Of a stretch of DNA of 64,000 nucleotides, positions 1 through 12,523 are shown piece after piece. Position 1 is the first letter of the stretch; each line of letters opens with the position of its first letter. The notes below the pieces were generated by a model, which ran no database searches, had not been told where the DNA came from, and saw only the letters and a list, made by a program, of their open reading frames with translations. Location: the NCBI GenBank assembly GCA_963924565.1, contig OZ004608.1, positions 5,518,001 through 5,582,000 on the forward strand, read 5' to 3'. A program made the translations under genes and the position numbers. The DNA is from Ascidiella aspersa (Eukaryota).

Positions 1-1554
1 ATCAGTATAAAAATGGTGCAGGTTTTTCTGTAAGACGAAAAATGAATTTTTTAGCGCACAATAATTCATATAGCAACAAAAAGGTGGCGAAAAATAAAAC
101 ATACCAAAGTTTGATGTGTGGCGTGTATAGTGTCTTGGTAGTGATGCTGGTGCCGACTGCACCATGCACCGAAAAACAAGAGCTTTAAATAGCAACTAAA
201 TGGGCCCAAAGGTTAGAAGCTAATTGCATTCTTGACGTGAAAGGCGCGCACTACCGCGCCTAATTAAATGATTGTGCTTATGCGCGCGCAAGAACAAAAC
301 ATGGAGCTATAGCGAATGGGAAAAAACTTACATGTCATGTCCGGTTTTTACCAGGCCATCACGTCATCTACATTAATATATTTAAACTATTTCCAGTTGC
401 ATATTTGTGCACTACGTCCAATGATAACGCAACGTTTTCTAAGGTTACTTCTCTTAGAAGCAACTTCGTGACATCACCTCCGAAAGTTTGCATTTGTTCC
501 GAAAAAAAAAAAACAATTCCATATTCACGCCTGTTTATACCGCTTACCATGCGTTGACAGTCAATGGCGTTTGTTAATCCAGTTTAATCGTAAGAAAACA
601 AAAGTCTTTATCTGTTATAATTTACATAAACTTGTACCACAGTAACATGTGTAACTTATTCAAACAGAATATAAAACAGTTATGTTATATAAAACGAGTA
701 AATATAATAATGATAATAATAAACATATTAGCATATTAAGCAACTGCAACTTAAAGACCAACAAACTATAATACAAAGGCTGGAGCTCCTTCCTCCTTGA
801 AGCACAAACACAAAGTGAAGGACAAACTAAGATTAAAGTCACATGAGCCCAACACATGTTAAACCACATGAGAGAAAGGAAAACATAGAACATTTAAACA
901 ATTTAGATAACTTTACAGCGTTAATAGGCTGCATAGGGTTATATAGGTAAAACAAGGCCGTTTACGTTAGATAGAACTGTTTTTGTGCAAAAAAATGTAC
1001 AAGTAAAGGCTTTAGAAGTCTTTAAAGTTACAAGTCTAGTCCCATTCCAAGTCTTCAATTGCCTGTGTCAGATTTAAAAGTAGAGTTTGGCAAAAAATAC
1101 GTTTAAGGAGCAATGGCCTGGCACCCCCTGGATCCGCCACTGTTAACAACACTTTTTAAAGATATTTGGCTTTCACGGTTTAGCTGCATACGTGTTATGT
1201 GCTATAACATTGTCCACAACCAATATATGAACTAAGATTGAACTGCGATAGCACAGAGTTAGACATAACGTTCCTTCATGCGAATGTTTTAAACTTGTAA
1301 AAGAGACCTATTAACAACACTATAAAGTTAAGACTGTTTATAAAAGCAGGTATAAAACATAAAATCCTTTCATGTAATATTTACAGAAATATATATACCA
1401 CGTTAGTGATAGTCATCATCAGTTTCTTATTAAGTTTTTGTTTTTACTGTTATTATCTGATATGAAAGCAAGAATCTTTCTTTTACGTTTTATTGTCTGC
1501 GGGAGAATGCTTACTTCCAAAAATGTTTCAGCTCATTACCAACAATATTCGCAG

Positions 1555-1845
1555 GTGTTTACTTGCTGGCTGTCAGCGTGCCCAACCTCATTTTGACCTT
1601 GGGCGTGACCTCTACTGAGCTCTTCAGCTGGTCAGTGGAATCCCTGGGGAGTCCGGTGGCCACGGCCGTCGGATCCTTTGGCGTCTTTATCTATTCCTCA
1701 TCCCTCTACCACCTTACCTATATGAGCCTCCACAGGCTGATTGCAATCAAGTGGCCTTTCAAGTACCAGAGCTTGTCCGTAGCCAGCACATCTGCGCATC
1801 TACTAGCTATTTGGACTTTTTCGCTGGTAGCCGCCTCGTTTGCCG
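1555..1845 (+). CDS. Class A (rhodopsin-like) GPCR, internal exon (end of TM2, TM3, TM4); upstream exons not identified
   Basis: gcag| acceptor, |gtaagt donor; translation contains YMSLHRLIAIKWPFKY (DRY-like HRL plus ICL2 P-x-x-Y) and TM4 LLAIWTFSLV; ends in phase 1, matching the next exon. Confidence 0.88.
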
Positions 1846-3051
1846 GTAAGTTACAGTCTGTGTGCGATTAGCTACTTTTATGTTGATGTTTCTTTTAAAT
1901 TAATGTAAAATGGTTTTGAATGTTTGGAATTTAAAAGAAAAGTCTTGATTCCATATTGAAAGTCATTTTAAAGTCGCCATCGTAAGTAAAAATACGAGTT
2001 GATCAATTTAGATCAAAAACTAAAATGCTTGAAAAATCATTTAAGACAAAAATATTTTTTGCAAAAGTTTCTACAAAGAGTATGATGTTTTATGTGGTAT
2101 ATATTTGTAGGTATAGATTAACCATGTTATTCGTTTGAAGGTCACTCTACTAAGGCTATGGCCTTGAGCCCTGGTAAAATTCGGCCTTAAATTTTTTTTA
2201 AGTTAAATTTTTGTAAGGCTTTTTGTAAGGGATACAGATCCAGTACAAGTACAGTACCGTTTTGCTTAAAAACGAACGACAGAGTCAAATCAATATGTGC
2301 TTTTTGTGTAAGTAGATACATAAATCGTTGCAAAGTAGATAAATATATCGTCTCAGCATTACTTGTTTATTGAAGGATTGTTTTTTCGGCAATAGTTTTT
2401 GGTATTATTAAATGTACCGACGTTTCGAAAGCCTTTCCACAACATGAAATCTGCATCAGGGTAATGATATTGCAACTGGGCGGAAAAAATATTTATAGTA
2501 GTCAAACGATTAAGAAAACCACAACGGGACACGGTTCATAAGATGAAGCTGACAGCAGCAGTATATTCATTACTTGTCCAGTAATGTCGTTTTTATCAAA
2601 TGATTTTTGCTGCTAGCCTTATTTGTCAGTTTTAAATCTGGAAATTAGGTGGCATCCTATACCGAAAATTAGATTAAAATCGTAATATGCTTCTGCACAA
2701 ATTTTTTGCGTTAGATAAATGAGAAAAAGTTCTTCTCGTGAGTAACATACGTAAAACAGTTAAGTAACCCTGATTTACAGCAAAAAATCCCCCCTTTTTA
2801 AGACATAAAAAAAATATTATTAGTAGTAGGTTTCGTTAACATCAAAACTATGGTAAAACAGAACCGCCTATTTACCATTGGGTTTACTTTTTGAAAGCTA
2901 CTTACCACCGATATTTTGATTGCCACGTATTTTCTTAATCGACTTGCTACGTCATTCCTATGTTGACGTGTGTTGTGATTGCTCAGTAGACGTGGCACGT
3001 CATTCCCATGTAAGTTTTTACGACATGGCTTTAAGACCTGTTACGTCATTG

Positions 3052-3518
3052 AAGTGTTGTAATGACTTGACTTAAGTGCACTTAAGTCACTGTTTTTTAA
3101 TGGCTTGACTTGACTTAAGTCATTTGGGCAAATGACTTGACTTGACTTAAGTCATTTGGACAAATGAGGTTAAAATAAATTGTTTTTAATAAGGCAATTA
3201 GTTATGAAATTGCGTTATTTATACCAATCGTTGCACATAAAACAATTGGCTTGTAAGATGTTGCTTTTGTGTTATTTGTTTGCTTGAGTTGCTCATACAT
3301 GGAAGAGTTTGCCGGTTTTCATAATTTAAAGTTTTATTTTTTTGACAAGAGCTGGACTTGAAGTTGACTTGCTCAAACTATGACTTGACTTGGGCAACCG
3401 ATGACTTGGACTGGGACTTGACTTGTTATTTATTCGAAAAAACTTGACTTGGACTTAAGTTATTTTACGAATGACTTGACTGGGACTTAAGTTTCAAAAT
3501 GATTTGTTTACAACACTG
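3052..3518. mobile_element. hAT-type MITE with internal GACTT repeats
   Basis: Termini aagtgttgtaa / ttacaacactg; exact 8-bp TSD CGTCATTG (3044-3051 and 3519-3526). Confidence 0.85.
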
Positions 3519-3584
3519 CGTCATTGCTTAGTAGACCTGCTACGTCATTGCAATGTTAGCTTATGGCATTGCTTTGTTGTGCAG

Positions 3585-3721
3585 CTTGGAACCATATCGC
3601 CATGAGTTTCTCATACAGCGGCGTCATCTTCCAGTTTTTCTTTGCATTTGAGCCGGGAAGAAATGGAATCATTCAGCTCCTTCCAGTCGTTTTGCTTTTT
3701 ATCTTGCCTTATTTGGTGACG
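3585..3721 (+). CDS. GPCR exon (ECL2 to TM5)
   Basis: tgcag| acceptor, |gtaagc donor; phase 1 to phase 0; AWNHIAMSFSY...VVLLFILPYLVT with the TM5 proline. Confidence 0.85.
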
Positions 3722-3938
3722 GTAAGCAAAAGACTGATTACGAAATTTCAAAGCCTATTAAAAAATAAGCGGTTGAAAAATGTTAACTACGTCAGTATGA
3801 ACTTGGCTTTTTTTTCTAAATCTTCCGACAAACTGCCACGGTGCTTAAACATATGATTTCCACGATGGAAAACATGGTGGGCTAACCAATACAGCATTCT
3901 GGCCACTGGCACAAAACCCGTTTTAAACTTGTTTACAG

Positions 3939-4107
3939 GTAATAATCACCCTTATGACGACACACTCTGCCAGCCAACAGCTGAAAATATCTCGCTCGCT
4001 CCGGGCTTCAACGTCTTCGCATTCATCTAGAGCGCAAAGATTTCGACAGGAAGTTGTCCTGTTTCGTGTCACGTCCTTTATGACTATCGGCTACACCATA
4101 CTTGTTG
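3939..4107 (+). CDS. GPCR exon (end of TM5, ICL3, TM6)
   Basis: ttacag| acceptor, |gtaggt donor; open in phase 0: VIITLMTT...RFRQEVVLFRVTSFMTIGYTILV; 169 nt, ends in phase 1. Confidence 0.82.
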
Positions 4108-4226
4108 GTAGGTAGAGTCAAGTTACTAATTGTGTTGGGATTCTCAACCGATTGGTCGCAACGTATAACTTATTGCCGTTTGTTTTGGTTGGTTTATCGA
4201 ATGCAATGGATTTGTATAGTTATAGT

Positions 4227-4733
4227 CAGTGTTGTAAACAACTTAAGTCCCAGTCAAGTCATTTGAAAAACAACTTAAGTCCAAGTCAAGTCTTTTGCAA
4301 AAATAACAAGTCAAGTCCCAGTCCAAGTCATCGCTTGCCTAAGTTAAGTCCTAGTCAAGTCGTTATGGGAGCAAGTCAATTTCAAGTCACATCATTGACA
4401 TAAAAATGAAACGTTATCTATTAAGATTAGTAAACTTGTTCGACTATAAGCAACGATTAAACTAAAAACTAACACAAACGCAATATACAGCAATAAAATT
4501 GTTTAATGTGCAAAACTAAAATTGTTTAATGTTCAAAACAAATACATTTTAGTGAAAAACATTTAATTTAACCACAAGTCATTTGATAAAATGACTCAAG
4601 TCTAAGTCAAGTCATTTATCCAAAAGACTTCAGTCAAAGTCATTTTGATCATAAGACTTATGTCAAGTCAAGTCATTTAAAAACAGTGACTTAAGTGCAC
4701 TTAAGTCAGGTCAATGACTTCATTACAACTCTG
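4227..4733. mobile_element. Same MITE family, opposite orientation
   Basis: Termini cagtgttgtaa / ttacaactctg; exact 8-bp TSD GTTATAGT; AAGTC repeats are the reverse complement of those in 3052-3518. Confidence 0.88.
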
Positions 4734-5382
4734 GTTATAGTTATTGAGTTTGGTACTGGGCAGAATTTCTAGGACAGATTCCAACTTTTTTACGGTATTG
4801 CCTTATGCTTTGTTTACTTGCCAAAATTTTAATGTAAAAGAATTGATTCGCCAAAAGCTTCACCGTTATACCTATAGGCTAATTTATGGTAACGGGTATT
4901 GCGCTACTCATGAAACACTTGGGTGCTTGATTAGATGTTATTTTTCTAACTATAAAAAAATATTGGCATTGACAGATGGCGAAATATCCAGATAAAAGAG
5001 GAGCCTTTGTTGCATTGCATCCGATTAGAATCGCGCAAATTTTTGGCTTTAACAAAAGTAGTTACGTAATTCGCATACTAAAGTAAAACAAATATTAATT
5101 TAAAATACTTAACTTAAAACAATTGGAATTTTTTCAATTGATTTACAAATTGAAACGTATATAAACATTATATGTTTTTCTCAAAGTCTTTAGATTTATA
5201 TTATGCCCAGCTTAAGGTATATGTTTAGAAAGTGTTGTTAAAAAAATAACTATTTGTAATAGTGTGGACCAATGAGAAACGTCGAGCTATCCAATTTTAT
5301 GTGTTTAAAACCTACAAATTAATTCAACAGGCTTAAATATCTTGAAACGTTTTCACAAAATTGTTTGGCAACCCTGTTTTAG

Positions 5383-5485
5383 TTCCCACAGCTACTGTGA
5401 TCATCTTATTCTCTCAAGGATGGATTAACTGCAACTACATAACAGTGCCGTACTTCGTCTGCTACTACCTTTCAACTTCAAGCGG
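5383..5485 (+). CDS. GPCR exon (end of TM6, ECL3, start of TM7)
   Basis: ttttag| acceptor, |gtaaga donor; (V)PTATVIILFSQGWINCNYITVPYFVCYYLSTSS with the TM6 proline; phases agree on both sides. Confidence 0.82.
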
Positions 5486-5614
5486 GTAAGACCTGGCCAG
5501 CGGTTAAAACCTGCGTCTCCGCGTATTTTGCGTTTAATACAGCACGTAAAGGCTTACCGTCAATTAAAGTTCTTGAATACATGTTTTCACAACCTATACC
5601 TGATATATTCCTGA

Positions 5615-6090
5615 TCAAGGCTGCGGACTCGGAGCCCGAGTCGGGACTTGGCGGAGTTTGGTTTTGCTGTCGGACTGGGGACTTGACTAAGACTGTTTAG
5701 TTCAGTGGTTCTCAACCTTTTTTCTTTCGTGGCCCATTTACATTGCGAAAAATTCTGTGGCCTAATAATTTTTGATGAAAAAAAACTGCAAATTAGGTTT
5801 TCAAAATAGATTATTTATTCAACCGTATACACAAATAAAACTAAATCTAGCTTTTTTAAATTGGTCTGTGGCCACCTCAAATGTTCTTATGGCCCACCAT
5901 TGAGCTATGGCCCACTGGTTGAGAACCGCTGGCTTAGATTATACCCAATTTCCAAATCCGACGTGCGCATGCGCACTGCCAAATTTTTGAAACTGACAAG
6001 TCCGCAAAAACATTAATTGTAGCACAGGGTGGAACATCACAAACTATATATTGTGGGCGGGTAAATTATATGATATTCCGGTATGGCATA
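5615..6090. repeat. Dispersed GACTC/GAGTC-rich repeat, interrupted by the 5703-5931 MITE; boundaries approximate
   Basis: ccgacgtgcgcatgcgcactgccaaattt and following sequence match, in reverse complement, ~27940-28080 and ~43830-43970. Confidence 0.5.
5703..5931. mobile_element. hAT (Charlie/Buster-like) MITE
   Basis: TIRs cagtggttctcaacc / ggttgagaaccgctg; degenerate 8-bp TSD gtttagtt vs gcttagat. Confidence 0.8.
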
Positions 6091-6440
6091 TAATTCAACC
6101 GAATAAGTTTATGCTTTTAAGGTAATAAAGCCAAATTGCTTTTCAGATTTACTTGGTTACCTTCCATGGCTTGTTATTTTGCCGTTTGTTAAGTCGTAAT
6201 TTATTAATTTATCTCACAAAACAATGGTTTTTTTTATCGTGAACAGATACCACCTGATATGCGGTATCGGCTGAAATCTCAATAATATGGGGTATTTATT
6301 AAATTAAATTACTTGTTTGTGAAAGCTTTTCAATTCTGGAACATAATGGCTGGAACATCTTTCGTAGCGTTTAACTTCATGTTTGAGTGGGGCATCTCTT
6401 ACTGAGCATCTAACTTCATCTACGTTTTTATATTTTAAAG

Positions 6441-6621
6441 GTTGGTCAATTATTTGGTTTACAACAGCCTAGATGGGGCTTTCCGCAAAAAGACGATTTC
6501 GTTGTTCACGAAAAAAATTCTGAGAAGAAAAAGTCAGAACAACAAAAAACGACTGCTATGTTCGGTAAATGAATGGCTGGAAACGATTATTAAAAATTGT
6601 TTCCGTAGAAAAACAGTATAG
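6441..6621 (+). CDS. GPCR probable last coding exon (TM7, helix 8, tail)
   Basis: tttaaag| acceptor; GLVNYLVYNSLDGAFRKK (NPxxY variant plus helix-8 FR); in-frame TAG at 6619-6621. A possible donor at ~6565 could shorten it. Confidence 0.75.
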
Positions 6622-6670
6622 ACTTTCTTGTCTCAGTCAAAATCAGTCACTATAGGTTCTAGTTTATAAA

Positions 6671-6710
6671 AGAGAAATATATTTCGCCAATCACGGCATC
6701 ATCAGTCTCT
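6671..6710 (-). ncRNA. Minimal type I hammerhead ribozyme (Penelope-associated)
   Basis: Minus strand AGAGA-CUGAUGA-U-GCC-GUGAUU-GGC-GAAA-UAUA-UU-UCUCU: intact core, stem I AGAGA/UCUCU, stem II GCC/GGC, palindromic stem III. Confidence 0.75.
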
Positions 6711-7059
6711 AAAAAACGAATACAGAATAATGTTAGCACGTAAACCAGGTGGTAGAAATTAAAAATAATGGGAAAATAATCATAAAACCTATAGCAACAA
6801 ACTACGCGACCAGGTTAAAAATATAAAAATATAGAAGATAAAAGTTATAGGTATAGGGCTATAGAAAACCGGACCATCCTGTTACCCAAGTCTAGGGATA
6901 AACAACAACCAGCTGTGTTGGTAAAGCGAAAAGAAATGAAAAAAAGGGGGTGGCAAGAGGTGACAACAAAGACGATAAGGCAAACGGTAGAGGCCCATTG
7001 CAACTAAAATAAAAGATAAAACAATGCAAAATAAAAAGCAAAACCAAGGAGACAAATAG

Positions 7060-7533
7060 TTATTTAATACCGGGTAAAACCATTTTTTGTATATTAATAC
7101 TGGTATGAACTTCATTGTGCCATTTATCTTCTGGTATATCCAACAGATAATACGGAGGTTGGGCAACAAATTGAACGTAAAAACACTCGGGAAGCAACGG
7201 TTTGTTTAATAAATAACTTTTATGATACATAACATAATGGTGTTGCAAAGCAGCCTTGTCCGAGTTGCCGTCGGACTTAAACGAGTTCCAAACCGAGCGA
7301 TGAGCCGCCCAACGCGCAGAAAACTTATTTTTCGTTTGGCCAACATACTGTTCTTTACAGAGACGACATGTGGCGATATAAATACCATAGTTACGACAAG
7401 AAAGAGACTCGTTAAGTCTAAATGAACCATGCTTGGTCTTTATGAAAGAGTTATATTTAACCATACTGGAATGTTTCCCAAAATTACCACAAAGTGCGCA
7501 ATGCCCACACGGATACGAACCAGGTTTAGTGCG
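7060..7533 (-). mobile_element. 5'-truncated Penelope-like retroelement: Cys-rich linker plus GIY-YIG endonuclease
   Basis: Minus-strand frame PGSYPCGHCALCG...GIYIATCRLCKEQYVGQTKNKFSARWAAH; no RT region seen; hammerhead motif ~350 nt downstream as expected for a pseudo-LTR. Confidence 0.85.
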
Positions 7534-8606
7534 TGTAATATATTATACTGTTTTGCTACCATTCGAAGTCATTGTCGTCACTAACGTGCATTAGGGCGAG
7601 GAGATATCTTCTTTGTCAAATATTCGGTTTGCATTGGTTTCCGTAGGGTGATAGTTTTACGTATATAAAAGGGTGAATATATTTCCGTATGTCTTAAGGA
7701 TTGATATTGCTTTTCAATGGGGTGAAAATTTGTCCTTTTCAAAAGTATTTTGTGATATAAAATTTTTTGCATAACGTTTTTTGCCCCATGAAATATTATT
7801 ATAATCCTGTATTTGTTTTACATGTTATTTTAAAATAAACTTGCAACCAGACATAAACCAAACATAACAGCAGTGTCCAACGCGCCAAAGTTTGGCCAGA
7901 AATGGTATTTATTTAAGCCATATTCTTATAGATATAACAATAGTATACTCGATTAATATCCTAATGTTGTTATAAGTCTAAACTTGCACAACTCAAATTT
8001 ACCTATCGATATCCAACGACCCACTTGCATCATGTTTAACGACATTAGACGACCTATTTATTCCATTATAAATGTCAGTTTTGTAACACAAATTATTTAT
8101 ACTGATCGTTTGTAACAACTAAACTAATTAGTGTTGCACAGGCTCCAGTAACAGAAGTCAAACTTGAACTCTACAGTCAACCAATTTGATCACATTGAAA
8201 GAAGACTTATGTTTCTTCTAAAGAGCAAAGAGAACGCCATAATGGCAATAGGGCTGGCAATAAGCATTTATTCGCGGTAACCCGTCTTAAATGTACGCAA
8301 CCATAAAGATTTTACACACTTATGTATAGCGATTGCGTGAATTACACTCGGGTATAAAACATATTTTTGATACTCGAGATTAAATTCAAACTTCAACACG
8401 CATGAAATAATAGGAATTCAAAACCATTTGCTGCAGGTTTCTGCTTGTCGATCCATGCATCGCTGACGCGTTTATGAAAAAATACAATTCACAGTTTAAA
8501 AACCCGAGTGAAACCAGGTTCAGACGTTTGTTTAAGGAAAATATTTTTTGCCTACACTGGCACCGTCAGTTTCTGTGAGTAAAGTTAAATACATAATATC
8601 AAAACA

Positions 8607-8995
8607 TTAATAAACGCTTGAGAAGCGCACCGCTCCGAACAAAAATCATTCAACAATGTCAAAAACTTGAATACAAATATGCATTTAGCCATATAAATGG
8701 TATCATCAGTTTGTCTGTACAAATAAATACTAAAAAATTAAAATATTAAAATGTAAATGTAAAATAAATTAATAAAATACATCCAAGATGAACAAAGACA
8801 AAGACAGTCTGCGTATAAACCCCAACCACTACTGTAAAAACAAAAAAAGGAGCATGCGATACGTGTTTTTACTATTTATTTGTACAGACAAACCGATGAT
8901 GCCATTTATATGGCGAAATGCATATTTGTATTAAAGTTTTAGACCTTTGCTGACTGATGTTTGTTCGGAGCGGTGCGCTTCTCAAGCTTTTATTA
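8607..8995. repeat. ~130-bp inverted repeat (about 8607-8735 vs 8866-8995); each arm carries a mutated hammerhead; probable Penelope inverted pseudo-LTR pair
   Basis: Arms are reverse complements (gagaagcgcaccgctccgaacaaa / tttgttcggagcggtgcgcttctc); hammerhead motifs at 8673-8714 (-) and 8888-8929 (+). Confidence 0.75.
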
Positions 8996-11604
8996 AATAA
9001 ATTTTAGAACTTTTATCGTCGGCATTATGTGTTCTGTTGGAGGGCAAGATTCTGTGGTGAATACACATACAAAGCGAATATTAATAAAATTATTGAAAAA
9101 ACCAAAAACCTATAAGAGCAGTACAGCTTAGGTATGAAGTTCAAACAAAAAACGGCTGTGATTTTACACAAGCTTATATTTAAGATTGCCTTACCTAAAA
9201 AAAGACTGTTTTTTATTAATGGTGTAAAATTTCTTAAATCGGGGCGCCCAAACTGCTTCAATTTGCTACACTTTTTAATGAATCAAAACTATCCGCCTAC
9301 CATTAGGTTTAACATTGTTAAACATTGATCGTTTCTGGTTGGGCACGCATTGCTCGAAGTCATATTAAAAGTTTATTGTTTTCTCGTTTGCTTATCGAAA
9401 GGATGAAAGGGCATAGATTTTATACATAAAACCATGTTGGTAAGTCGACGGAGCTTTACTGTTGACCCCTAAAACTTGTGGTGCGATTTAGGTATTTACC
9501 CGCGAGTTTTGAAAGCCTTCGATTAGTTTAGAAAGTATGTAGCGGCCCTGTGATTTTGCGCATACGTGCACATTGGCTGAGGCTGTAAGACCATTGCTTT
9601 GTTTTGGGTAGACGCGAAATGGACATTGCGTTTGACCATTTTTAATAATTGCGTTTTTTTACCTGGAGAAATAGTAATAGTGCTTGTGTGTTCCTTGACA
9701 AATCAGACATTAAATCTATATGGTTCAAAAAATAGCCACATCGGATTGTTTCATTTTGTTTAACCACGTAAATTTCAGGTCAATTTCGCCAACTATCGCG
9801 CTTTAATTTTCATAGCCGTTACAGCTAGAGCCCTTTATCAGTTGGAATTAAACTGGTGTATAACCTACTTAACCTGGGCAAACCTGGGCAACACCGGGTA
9901 GTTCGTCTATTTTATGATATTTGCTTAGCCGTAAAACTTACGCTGCTTCGAGGTAAGCTCGCCATGGTTACGTTCATAACTAAGGTTGGTCAACTATAGT
10001 TCTAGAAATAATGGATTTGTTTTTTAAAGCTGTAACATAGCAAGAAACCATGCACCACAATTTGACGCCTTTTTCGCATTTAATCCAAAAGTATATCAAA
10101 ATATGTTTTCTCTGAACGTCATAAACATCCGTTGCACAAACATACCAGCTTTGACAACATTACGTGGCATTTGCGAATGGAAAACATGAGCTGAACACTG
10201 TTTGTTTGTACTTGTTTGTTTGTACCCAACTTTATCTAATAAATAATGTTCGCAATTGTTTTTCGTATCTATAGCTTTTCACCACCTACACTATAGCTGT
10301 GTATAACCACAAGTAACAAATTCAGGTGATGTTTAATTACCGAACCGAAATAAAGTAAATAAATCATATGATGTGTGTGTTAGTGTTTCGTCGCATTATA
10401 TATTCAATTGTGCAATATTGTAGCTGTTTAAACAATAAAGTTTACTTGTCAAATCGTCTTGATTGTTCACATTCTGTAAGCTTAGTTTCCGGTCATATCA
10501 TAGTCATGTATAGTTTATTAACATATCGATTCTTAGCGATTTATTAGGAAGCCTAATGAAAAGATAAATTCAACTTAATCCCCTTTTGTAACGGTGTGAA
10601 ATCGTAACAGGAATATGGATTCCCGTTATTATTAAATTTAAATTGATCCCCGATCTATCTTAAGTGGCAATGTCGGTACTCGTTCGATTCTTGGGAAGCA
10701 TCATGTCAAATCCTAAAACAAACCGATATACCAATTTCAACCATGACTTATACGATCCAACGTATCGTTTCGTTTTTAAGCAATTTAGAACAAAACATAT
10801 TAACCAACTATGGGAAACGCCAATGTAAATGACGTCATTTGACATGGAATAAGTTACTTATTCAGTACATTTTATCCCCAAACTAGGTGATCGATTCGGA
10901 CCGTAATACCTACTACAAACAGAGGGTTACCCCGCTATTGGTAAATCTATTCCAATTTACAAAAATACTTTACCCCCAACAGTAACCCTACAACACATAT
11001 ACACCGGGTTTTTTGTCTGTCGTTTACATAGCCTGTGACCATAGACATAAACTAACGCTTTTGACCTTGTGAAGCGTTTGCGGTTATTAAATTTATTTGT
11101 ACCCTTTTAGATTTTATGCTTTTTTTGCTTAAATATATTATTACAAAAAGTCGTTGAAATCGAAGTGAAATAATATTATAGTTACTGCAATAGTTATAAT
11201 TAGTATAGCTTATCGGTCCTAACACAGTTTTGTGCTTTAAAACGCTTATTTCTAGTTTCTTCAAGCCAATACGAACTTATTCTTGTCATATTAATCTCCG
11301 CCTTACAAATACTGTTCAGGCGCAAAATAATATTTGTTTTATTACACAAAGCAAGCATTCGTACTAACGAGAGCAAGGTTTCGTCGTAAAACAAATAAAA
11401 CCTTATGTTGCTAATTTGTAACTATTAGTCGATAGCGATGGCGTTTGACAAGCGTGTGGGTGATTTCTCACAGCCAGTTATCGGCAGGTAAGAAGCAACG
11501 TTGGACTGTATGCGTAAAGTTGCATGTGAAACAGATTCTTAGCTCGCACAAATAGATTTAAAACTTAGTTTTAAACGCCGAAGATCCTGGCCAATCAGCT
11601 AGGT

Positions 11605-12245
11605 CAGTGGTTCCCAAACTGTGGGCCATGGCCCAGGAGTGGGACACAAGACTATTTTTAGTGTGCCGTGGAGCTATTTGTAAATATTGCAACTAAATAT
11701 GTTTTGTTTATCTAAAATAATTGTTAGCATATCTAAAACCATATAGGCATAAGGCCAATTTCCATATTGTTGACAATTTGCAAACTTTACACGTAAAGGC
11801 GAAGTCTCACGGCATATGTTTTTTAACTACGCAATTAGCACGGTAGTTTACTTTAAATTCCAGATGTTTTCGTACAAAGATATTTATTTCCATAAATGAA
11901 CCGGGTGTGAAAAGGATTACTTGAATGTTATTTGAATCAATTCATTTATTGAGAAATTGTCCAACTTTGTAGGCGTAAATTACAGACATGCAATTTTATT
12001 CTCAAACTTTTTGTTTGTAGTCCACTAAAATATTCGCGGCAAAATCCCTGCAAAACACGTTACAACTGTCCCTATAACACTGTATATAAGGCAATAAGTG
12101 AAAACATAGCCTTATTAATTATCATTACTTTTGTAATGGTTAGTGTGCATTTAGGCCTGCATGCTTGTCTATTTTCCTATTTGTTACACATTAGTTATTT
12201 TTCAAACTTACAAAACTTTCACGGCACGCAGTTTAAGAATCGCTG
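11605..12245. mobile_element. Old hAT-type MITE in the array spacer; further copies start at 36485 and 40079 (right TIR deleted), with partial copies in other spacers
   Basis: Termini cagtggttcccaaactg / cagtttaagaatcgctg; no TSD recognisable. Confidence 0.6.
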
Positions 12246-12523
12246 ACTTTAAATGTCGTTTCACCCCGTGCTGATAGTAGTTCTTACAATTATTTTTGGG
12301 GGACTTTTCAAATGTCTAATATTGAAATGCTACTGATATAGGGTGTAAGCGAACCGGCGTATTCTGAGAATCACCGAATTCAACAATTTTCTGCGGGCCA
12401 CTGTGGCACTCTCGTACTTTACCACTGCCTAAAGACAAGGTTCCTTTTACCAACAATTAGGATCGCTATAAGGCGGAATCGATTTTTTGCTGGAAGGCGA
12501 CGTAAAATGTTGACACACAGCCA

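Noticed and set aside
1385-1428. Minus-strand CUGAUGA motif resembling another hammerhead
   Set aside because: The GAAA core is lost and stem II is poor; at most a decayed relic
3052-3518. GACTT-type short repeats resembling a CRISPR array or satellite
   Set aside because: No constant repeat with unique spacers; bounded by TIRs and a TSD, so it is a MITE
8130-8600. Possible decayed Penelope ORF remnant (…AISIYSR*PVLN…) next to the inverted repeat
   Set aside because: Similarity is too weak to call by eye; needs a translated HMM search
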